Below, piece by piece: positions 17,998-25,107 of a stretch of DNA of 29,696 bases (position 1 is the stretch's first letter; every line of letters starts with the position of its first letter). Made by a program: the position numbers and the translations under genes. Under the pieces are notes generated by a model, which was not told the DNA's origin, did not search any database, and saw nothing but the letters and a program-made list of their open reading frames with translations. Origin of the DNA: an uncultured Bacteroidales bacterium (GTDB lineage: Bacteria; Bacteroidota; Bacteroidia; Bacteroidales; UBA10428); contig CAZFHF010000001.1 of NCBI GenBank assembly GCA_964518655.1, positions 1 to 29,696 on the forward strand. Direction: 5' to 3'.

Positions 17998-18927
17998 ATG
18001 ATTAAAATCTTTAAAACTTTTGGCGGGTATGTTGAAGTACCCAAAGTTGAAAAAGGATGCTGGATAAACATCATTCAGCCATCACAGGAAGAACTCCAAA
18101 GAATCATCATTGAATTCAAGTTGCCGGCTGATATTGTCCAGGACATCCTGGATACAGATGAAAGATCCCGTATTGAATATGACGATTTATGGACTTTGAT
18201 AATAGTAAGGATCCCTGTTCTGAACCAGAATAACGGAATACCTTATTATACAGTACCTCTCGGGATATTTATGACGGATAACTTCACGCTTACATTATGC
18301 ATCCAGGAAAATGAAATTTTGCCTCTTCAACAGCCCTCTCTTTTCAGAGAACATTACCATCAGATAACAGATGTATTCAATTTTATTCTCAGGCTTTTCC
18401 TACGTTCCGGAGGAACATACCTTAAATACCTGAAGCAAATAAACCAGCATTCATCCATGATTGAGCAGGACCTGGAGAAATCAATAAAAAACAGGGAGTT
18501 AAACCAGTTGCTGAAAATGGAAAAATGCCTTGTATATTTTATTACTTCGATCAAATCAAACGAGATTGTCCTTGCAAAGCTAAGGAACTCAAAAAAAATT
18601 ACAACCGAAATAAATGAAGACCTGCTTGAAGATGCCATAATAGAAAATAAGCAGGCACTGGAAACAGCACAAATTTATTCCGACATTCAGAGTGGAATGA
18701 TGGATGCTTTTGCCTCTGTGATTTCAAACAATCTTAATGTTGTTATGAAGCAGCTCACATTGATATCAATAATATTAATGATCCCTACTTTGATTGCCAG
18801 TGTTTTTGGAATGAATGTGCCAAATTTTATGGAAAGCTCACTCTGGGCGCTGCCTGCAATAATGGGTTTTTCAATATTCCTGTCCTCTTTGGGTGTCATG
18901 TTATTCAGGAAAAAACAATGGTTTTAA
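17998..18927 (+). CDS. corA: Magnesium transporter, CorA family
   Basis: 309 aa with WINIIQPS, D.DERSRIE, VPLGI, ISNNLNVVMKQLT and the signature GMNV in PTLIASVFGMNVP; two C-terminal TMs. Confidence 0.95.
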   Translation: MIKIFKTFGGYVEVPKVEKGCWINIIQPSQEELQRIIIEFKLPADIVQDILDTDERSRIEYDDLWTLIIVRIPVLNQNNGIPYYTVPLGIFMTDNFTLTLCIQENEILPLQQPSLFREHYHQITDVFNFILRLFLRSGGTYLKYLKQINQHSSMIEQDLEKSIKNRELNQLLKMEKCLVYFITSIKSNEIVLAKLRNSKKITTEINEDLLEDAIIENKQALETAQIYSDIQSGMMDAFASVISNNLNVVMKQLTLISIILMIPTLIASVFGMNVPNFMESSLWALPAIMGFSIFLSSLGVMLFRKKQWF

Positions 18928-19026
18928 AAAGGCACAGATTGGTATATGCAACTGTTTTTGTGTATATTTAATATCCGGTTATCCACTTACTATCTATTAA
19001 GTAATTAATCAAATGCATTAAAAATT

Positions 19027-19455
19027 ATGAAAAAACTAATCCTTGCTATATTGGGACTGGTGTTATCCGGTTGTTTATTTGCACTTGGCTATCTGAAAGA
19101 TATTAATGCAGTGGCAGAACACGCTGACAGTGTCATTAAATATTTCAAGAATCAGGATTTTGACAAAACCTTTGAACTTATGGAAAAGTATTGGCCGCTG
19201 CCAGAATACCAGGTATTCGAATTTAAAATGGAAACAATAGAAGAGTTTGACAATCTTAAGGGAACCTTTGGTAAAATTATCGGGGTTGAACTCCTGGATG
19301 ATGAACAATTCAAGGATTTTCTTATCAAAAAAACATATCTAATAAAATATGAAAACCACCTGATACGGGTATTTCTTATATACTATAAAAACGATGCAGG
19401 CTGGAGGTTCAATCAATTTATGTGGGATATCAATGTTGACGATCTATTCAGTTAA
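19027..19455 (+). CDS. Exported hypothetical protein
   Basis: 142 aa with an N-terminal signal peptide (LSGC could be a lipobox) and a soluble alpha/beta remainder. Confidence 0.7.
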   Translation: MKKLILAILGLVLSGCLFALGYLKDINAVAEHADSVIKYFKNQDFDKTFELMEKYWPLPEYQVFEFKMETIEEFDNLKGTFGKIIGVELLDDEQFKDFLIKKTYLIKYENHLIRVFLIYYKNDAGWRFNQFMWDINVDDLFS

Positions 19456-19475
19456 AAAGGGACAGGCACTTTTTT
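19454..19475 (+). repeat. Dispersed GGGACAG palindrome, subtype A
   Basis: AAAAAGGGACAGGCACTTTTTT overlapping the TAA of the 19027 gene. Confidence 0.85.
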
Positions 19476-19564
19476 GGTTGCTGCCTGCCCCGCTTAGGCG
19501 GGGGTTGCCGGTGCATAGATATTTGATTAACGTTTTGATAATGAGAAATCAACATCTGACAGGA

Positions 19565-19595
19565 TTTGGAAAACACCTCTGTTTTTGTATATTTG
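19565..19595 (+). promoter_or_regulatory. Full Bacteroidota sigma-A-type promoter (-33/-7) for the hemerythrin gene
   Basis: TTTG (19565-68), 19-nt spacer, TATATTTG (19588-95). Confidence 0.65.
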
Positions 19596-19664
19596 TTACA
19601 ATAAAGACCCGGTTATAACTAAGTTGCGTGAAATACTGCGCATACAAATTAAACACAGTAAAAT

Positions 19665-20207
19665 ATGAAACCCAGGGGACCATTAATGATAGAACACAGG
19701 CTGATTGAAAAAATACTGAATATTGTCAGTAGCGAATTAGATATGATTAAAAATGAAAGAAAAGTCAACCCGGTTTTCATAGATACAATAGTTGATTTCA
19801 TAAGAATATATGCCGACCGTACTCATCACGGTAAAGAGGAAGATATTCTTTTTTACAGGCTGGAAAATAAATCACTTGCTAATGATGACAAAAAAATGAT
19901 GCGTGATTTGATTAATGAGCATGTAAATGCGCGTAAAGTAGTCAGTGAACTTGTTAATGCGAAGAACCAGTATGTTAAAGGTGATTCGGGAAGTATTGAT
20001 ATCATTATCGAAAAATTAGCATTCCTGATAAATTTTTATCCGGAGCATATTTCAAAAGAAGACAAAATATTTTTTCCAAAAACTGAAAAATATTTTTCAG
20101 ATGCTGAATTAGATGATATGTTAAAAGATTTTTGGGAATTTGATAAAAAAATGATACACGAAAAATACAACAGGCTTTATGAATCACTCAAAGAAAAATA
20201 CGGATAA
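19665..20207 (+). CDS. Hemerythrin/HHE cation-binding domain protein
   Basis: LMIEHRLI, RTHHGKEEDILF, LINEH and YPEHISKEDKIFFP give the H / HxxxE / H / HxxxE ligand pattern. Confidence 0.9.
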   Translation: MKPRGPLMIEHRLIEKILNIVSSELDMIKNERKVNPVFIDTIVDFIRIYADRTHHGKEEDILFYRLENKSLANDDKKMMRDLINEHVNARKVVSELVNAKNQYVKGDSGSIDIIIEKLAFLINFYPEHISKEDKIFFPKTEKYFSDAELDDMLKDFWEFDKKMIHEKYNRLYESLKEKYG

Positions 20208-20263
20208 CATGTTATTTCTTTCCGATCTCGGAATGCATAAAGCTAATTTTAAAACATACTTAA

Positions 20264-20641
20264 ATGAAAACTTTAGAAGTAAGAATCATTATCAATGTAA
20301 TACTTGTTCTGGTAACAATTATTTCCGGCATCTGGCTCAGCAGGCTGGGCAGGCCTTTAAACACCCCGTTATTTACAGTGCATAAGATAATAGCACTTCT
20401 CACAATAATCCTTACTGTTATTATAGTATATCAGCTTCAAAAGAACATTGAGTTAAGTAATATTGAATTAACATTAATAATAGTTTCCGCAATATTTTTT
20501 CTCCTCGCATTTGTTTCCGGCGCTTTGCTAAGTTTTGACAAATTTGCTGTTGGAATAATACGAATGATTCATAAAGTAACGCCCTTGCTTCTGGTTATTT
20601 CAACCGGATTAACAGTATACTTACTGGCAAAGGGCAGATGA
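20264..20641 (+). CDS. 4-TM membrane protein with two His-Lys motifs
   Basis: 125 aa; LFTVHKIIAL and RMIHKVTP at the starts of TM2 and TM4. Confidence 0.7.
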   Translation: MKTLEVRIIINVILVLVTIISGIWLSRLGRPLNTPLFTVHKIIALLTIILTVIIVYQLQKNIELSNIELTLIIVSAIFFLLAFVSGALLSFDKFAVGIIRMIHKVTPLLLVISTGLTVYLLAKGR

Positions 20642-20695
20642 AAAGGGGACAGCTAAGGGACAGCGCCCTTTAATAAAAGGGACAGCGCCCTTTAA
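20641..20695 (+). repeat. Tandem stack of three GGGACAG repeats (one truncated, two full subtype B)
   Basis: AAAAGGGGACAGCT followed by an exact 19-bp direct repeat AAGGGACAGCGCCCTTTAA at 20655-20673 and 20677-20695. Confidence 0.9.
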
Positions 20696-20716
20696 GGATA
20701 AAAACAGGATCAAACT

Positions 20717-21298
20717 TTGACGACAGTGCAAAAAGAACCTGAAGATATGACCCCTGAAGAACTGGGCCAGTTGTTCCCGATAATCCTCGCACAGCCGGAT
20801 CCTGAATGGCCTGAATTGTATGAGGCAGAAAAGACGGAAATAAAAAAGGTGCTGGGCGCAGGGAATATAATAAGGATTGAGCATATAGGAAGCACTGCTA
20901 TACCCGGACTTTTAAGCAAACCTACCATAGATATATTAATTGAGGTGCCGGAAAATGCTGATAATAAAAAAATAATCAATAGATTAAAAAGTATTGATTA
21001 CCAATACATTCACAGGCCGGAGAATCCGCCTCCGCACATGATGTATGCCAAAGGATATACAAAAGACGGGTTCAGGGGACAGGCATACCATGTTCATGTA
21101 AGGTACAGCGGTGACTGGGATGAGATATATTTCAGGGACTACCTTAAAAAGAATCCGGATGTGGCTGAAGAGTACGCAAACCTGAAGCAGGAACTTGCAA
21201 AGAAACATAAAAATGACAGGGAGGCATACACTGACGGAAAAACTGAGTTTATGAACCGGATTAACGGCTTGGCACGAAAAGAAAAGATGGTAAAATGA
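20717..21298 (+). CDS. GrpB/UPF0157 family protein (nucleotidyltransferase-like fold); TTG start, or ATG 20747
   Basis: IEHIGSTAIPGLLSKPTIDILI, YHVHV, FRDYL, YANLKQELA, REAYTDGKTEF. Confidence 0.9.
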   Translation: MTTVQKEPEDMTPEELGQLFPIILAQPDPEWPELYEAEKTEIKKVLGAGNIIRIEHIGSTAIPGLLSKPTIDILIEVPENADNKKIINRLKSIDYQYIHRPENPPPHMMYAKGYTKDGFRGQAYHVHVRYSGDWDEIYFRDYLKKNPDVAEEYANLKQELAKKHKNDREAYTDGKTEFMNRINGLARKEKMVK

Positions 21299-21373
21299 CC
21301 GCAATCACTTTAAATAAAAATAACTAAATTGTGTTTGATTAAATAATGATTACTAACTATTAAAATAAATACA

Positions 21374-21970
21374 ATGAAAACAAAACTATCTGTGGTCCTT
21401 ATTATCTTCTTCCTTGGACAGCTGTCTGCTTTCCCGCAGGATAAAAAAGAAAGCGAACCTGAACCGTTAAAGCCTGCACTGATAATTATCGACATCCAGA
21501 ATCAACATTTAAACTGGGTTCCTGAAGAGGAAAAAGGCGTCGCCTTATATTTTATCAATGCATACATTTCGCTTTTCAGGAAATACGAACTCCCGGTGAT
21601 ACGTGTTTACCACACTGATCCTGAATCAGGGCCGTCCCCGGACTCCGAAGCCTTTCAGTTCCCTGATATGATAAAGATAACTGAGGATGATCCCATGATA
21701 ATAAAAAATTATCCCAATGCTTTTAAAAAAACTGATCTGGAAAAGATACTGCGTGAGAATAATTGCAATCTTTTAATGCTTTGCGGCCTGAGTGCAACGG
21801 TCTGTGTTATTTCAACATACTTCGGCGCCAAAGACCTTGACTTTAATGCGTTTATGCTGAAGAATGCGATAATGAGCCATGATCCAACATATACCGATAA
21901 CATTGAGGTTATATTTGATGCATTAAGTTATGACGCGGCAAGTGTAATACTTGAGCAGGCAGGGAAATAA
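21374..21970 (+). CDS. Isochorismatase-family cysteine hydrolase with N-terminal signal peptide
   Basis: ALIIIDIQN (Asp), IIKNYPNAF (Lys) and GLSATVCV (Cys) form the triad; hydrophobic signal ending LSA-F. Confidence 0.88.
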   Translation: MKTKLSVVLIIFFLGQLSAFPQDKKESEPEPLKPALIIIDIQNQHLNWVPEEEKGVALYFINAYISLFRKYELPVIRVYHTDPESGPSPDSEAFQFPDMIKITEDDPMIIKNYPNAFKKTDLEKILRENNCNLLMLCGLSATVCVISTYFGAKDLDFNAFMLKNAIMSHDPTYTDNIEVIFDALSYDAASVILEQAGK

Positions 21971-22009
21971 TTTTTTTGCTTATTTTGTGGCGGATATATT
22001 ATTGTTATT

Positions 22010-23152
22010 ATGACCGGTTTCAGGATCAAGTCTGTCTTCATGTGCATTTATATGGGTTTGGCCACATGGAGGGTGTTTTACAATGTTTTTCTTGAGGAGA
22101 ATAACTTCACAGGTGCTGAGATAGGTATAATAAATGCTATATTACAATCAACCATCTTTATTATTGTCCCATTATGGAGCCTTGTTGCTGATAAGAGGGG
22201 TATAAGGCCTACTTTAAGCTGGCTGTGCGTTGCAACTGCCATACTTATGCTTCTCCTTGGGCAAATCAAGGTATTCTGGATACTTTTAATATATATTCCT
22301 CTTTTGAGTATTTTCCATCAACCTCTGGGCCCTCTCAATGATGCTCTTGCCGTGGAATTCTCAAAAACCAGCAGTAAGTACAATTACGGCAAGCTGCGGA
22401 CCTGGGGATCTCTGGGATGGGCAGTAGCTTCTGTTCTAAGCGGATACCTGTTTTTGTATATCCCCGTTGACTATGTGTTCCCGTTAACAGCATTTTTTTT
22501 CATATCCACCATTTTCTTTCTCAGGATCCCTGCCAAAAGGAAAGTGATATATAAACCGGACTTCCAGCCTTTCAATCTGAGGTATCTTTACAGGAACAAA
22601 CAACTGTTTACTTTTATTTGTATACTTTTCCTTTACGGTATTGCCTGTTCGCCGATAAACTCCTTTCTCAACCTGTATTTCACTGAGCTTGGTGCTAACA
22701 ACAAAATCATTGGATATGCATATGCCATACAAGCCTTCATTGAGATACCCTTTTTCATTATAGGTGAAATGTTAATGCGCCGGCTTGGCTCCAGAAGGAT
22801 CATAATAATCTCCCTGGTAGTTATGGTAGTGCGTATGCTGCTTTACGGCCTTGCTCCTTCTGTGTCATTGGGACTGGCACTGGGAGCACTGCAGGGCATT
22901 ACCCTGTCGTTCCTGCTTGTCGGTGCAGTTGATTATATTCACAAGTTGTTGCCGGAGGGAAAGTATGCCATGTGCCAGTCAATAATCTGGGGAGTATACT
23001 TCGGCATCGGCCAGTCTACAGGAAATGTTATTATCGGATTCCTGAAAGATATGTCAGGTATGACAACAGTGATGTGGACCTTTGCAATACTTGTCTTTGT
23101 CACCCTGGCACTGATGGGAGTGCATTTTAAAAGGGGACAGACACAAAGGTGA
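22010..23152 (+). CDS. MFS transporter (MFS_1_like, LacY/HcaT-like group)
   Basis: 380 aa, ~12 TM, with ADKRG and YGKLRTWGSLGW motifs. Confidence 0.88.
   Translation: MTGFRIKSVFMCIYMGLATWRVFYNVFLEENNFTGAEIGIINAILQSTIFIIVPLWSLVADKRGIRPTLSWLCVATAILMLLLGQIKVFWILLIYIPLLSIFHQPLGPLNDALAVEFSKTSSKYNYGKLRTWGSLGWAVASVLSGYLFLYIPVDYVFPLTAFFFISTIFFLRIPAKRKVIYKPDFQPFNLRYLYRNKQLFTFICILFLYGIACSPINSFLNLYFTELGANNKIIGYAYAIQAFIEIPFFIIGEMLMRRLGSRRIIIISLVVMVVRMLLYGLAPSVSLGLALGALQGITLSFLLVGAVDYIHKLLPEGKYAMCQSIIWGVYFGIGQSTGNVIIGFLKDMSGMTTVMWTFAILVFVTLALMGVHFKRGQTQR
23129..23144 (+). repeat. GGGACAG repeat (subtype A) lying inside the last codons of the MFS gene
   Basis: AAAAGGGGACAGACAC encodes KRGQT of the C-terminal FKRGQTQR. 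Confidence 0.6.
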
Positions 23153-23326
23153 TTATTAAACCAGTTATTTTAAATTAGGCAATAGGATAGTTTTACCAAA
23201 CATTCAATATATTGACTTTCGCTGTTATTTATATTATTTTTACATTAAAAGAGTACTTATTAGCAAGTTGAAATAATACCAGTATTATGAATAAGCGGGT
23301 ATCCTGCTTATAACAATCTGAATACA

Positions 23327-25018
23327 ATGAAAAAACTTATCTTATTAATAACAATCGCTGCAATATTAAAGATCAGTCTATTCTCACAATACGACTGGCA
23401 CAAGGCATATGATTGTGATGGCATCTCATATCCCTCATCAACAGCAATATTCAGGGATACAATATTAATTATAGGTATGTTTGTTTATCCAACCCGGGAC
23501 CATTGTACCAGACAGAGAGTAACTGCCTATACTCAATCCGGAAAACGTCTGTGGAGATGTTACGCAGGTGGAAATGCAATATTTACAGATTCTGATTATA
23601 TATATACAGCGGGGTTAGATGATGGGGCATCAGATGTAGGAAATGATGAACTATTAACAATATCCAAGATTGATGAAGCAGGCAATATTGTATTTCATAA
23701 GTATTATGACTTGCCAAATATTTATTGGTATGAATACCACTGGCCCAATAGTATTTCTGTATCACCTGAAACCGGAAAAATCCTTGCAACTATTGAGGAT
23801 AAAGTTTTTATAACTGATTCAACGGGGTCAACACTTGATATTGATTTATTGGGTTCAATACTTGATACTTCTAGTATATATCCACCTCTGGATACTATTA
23901 TAGATTCCAAGCCTTCAACCGATATTTTTTATGCCGGCTTTTGTGATGAAGAATACTATTTAGTAGCATATGATTCAAGTGTTATTATTTATGAATATGA
24001 CGAAAAATTGTTAGAATGGGGATTGTCAGCGGATTTCAGGATTATTCAGGCGGAATTCTTTAATGATAAAGTTTATTTGTTAAGTCAAAATGAAATTTTT
24101 ATACTTAATGATTGGTTAGAATATATAGACACAATAACCTTTAACGACATAACAGAACCGGATGCTTTCAGGATAGATAATAATTCTTTCTGGATCAAAG
24201 GGAAAAACGAACTTAAGGATAAATTAAGGATTCTTAAAATCAATGAATTACATGAAACGGACAGCATTTATGATATTGACACTTCCGCTGTGAGGGATAA
24301 TGTATACTTTGAAATATCAGATAACTGGTTAAGCTTAATTTCAAGTTCAAAATCAAGGCAAACAGCAATAATTTCATATGATATCAATAATATTTATGAT
24401 ATAAAGTTTGATGATGACATATCGATAAAGGATATCCGACTATATAATTTTCATCCCAGTGGAGATTATTTCTATGGTTTTAATGCTGATTTAACTTTTA
24501 AAAATGAGGGGGACGATACAATACGCTCATTTACAGTATATTCTCTTCTTTACGATTTTGGGTGGCATTGTCAGGATTGGGTATTTAATCAAAGATATTC
24601 GGATATAGAAATTCTGCCCCAGGATACCATATTAATTGATGGAATATCCCTGTCAAGAATAATATATGCAAACTCTGATCTTTGTATTGAATGTAAGGCT
24701 CCGAACTCAAAGCTTGAAATAAAAACAGCAGATAATGAGTTATGTGTACCTTACGATCCTGAATCAATTATAGATTATACGGAACACAATTGCTATGAAA
24801 TTTTTCCTGTTCCTGTTTCCGATATTTTAACCTTTAAATTCCCTGATGCTATAAACAAAAAAATTGATATTTTCAATATATCGGGTGAACTTATTCTTAC
24901 AGAAACTTCTGCCGGAAATATTATCAATATTGATCTAAGCCATATTGAGCCTGGAATATATATTATCGGCATTCTCCGGAACAATAAGATTGATTATCAT
25001 AAGCTGGTTAAAAATTGA
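23327..25018 (+). CDS. Secreted protein with T9SS type A sorting domain
   Basis: Signal peptide, beta-rich body, a CARDB/Ig-like segment (TFKNEGDDTI) and C-terminal IFPVPVSD...PGIYII...KLVKN. Visibly AT-rich. Confidence 0.8.
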   Translation: MKKLILLITIAAILKISLFSQYDWHKAYDCDGISYPSSTAIFRDTILIIGMFVYPTRDHCTRQRVTAYTQSGKRLWRCYAGGNAIFTDSDYIYTAGLDDGASDVGNDELLTISKIDEAGNIVFHKYYDLPNIYWYEYHWPNSISVSPETGKILATIEDKVFITDSTGSTLDIDLLGSILDTSSIYPPLDTIIDSKPSTDIFYAGFCDEEYYLVAYDSSVIIYEYDEKLLEWGLSADFRIIQAEFFNDKVYLLSQNEIFILNDWLEYIDTITFNDITEPDAFRIDNNSFWIKGKNELKDKLRILKINELHETDSIYDIDTSAVRDNVYFEISDNWLSLISSSKSRQTAIISYDINNIYDIKFDDDISIKDIRLYNFHPSGDYFYGFNADLTFKNEGDDTIRSFTVYSLLYDFGWHCQDWVFNQRYSDIEILPQDTILIDGISLSRIIYANSDLCIECKAPNSKLEIKTADNELCVPYDPESIIDYTEHNCYEIFPVPVSDILTFKFPDAINKKIDIFNISGELILTETSAGNIINIDLSHIEPGIYIIGILRNNKIDYHKLVKN

Positions 25019-25107
25019 TCTTCTGATTTATAACACAAAATATTTTTATGATAGTATTTAAATTTATATCTTGTTAACCATACAATCCCAATATAATAAA
25101 ACATATC

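Noticed and set aside
17760-18952. TATATGCAAC 10-mer on both sides of corA (17760 and 18943) as a possible target-site duplication
   Set aside because: A short AT-rich match can arise by chance and there are no element ends or mobility gene.
20641-20695. Tandem repeats as a CRISPR mini-array
   Set aside because: Repeats are 19 bp with 3-nt spacers; no spacers of CRISPR size and no cas genes.
21074-21089. AGGGGACAGGCATACC inside the GrpB gene resembles the dispersed repeat
   Set aside because: It encodes RGQAY directly before the YHVHV motif and lacks the A/T arms; coding coincidence.
23291-23311. 9-bp hairpin ATAAGCGGG-TAT-CCTGCTTAT 15 nt before ATG 23327
   Set aside because: No U-tract or recognisable riboswitch features; it may be a 5' stabilising stem but there is no supporting evidence.
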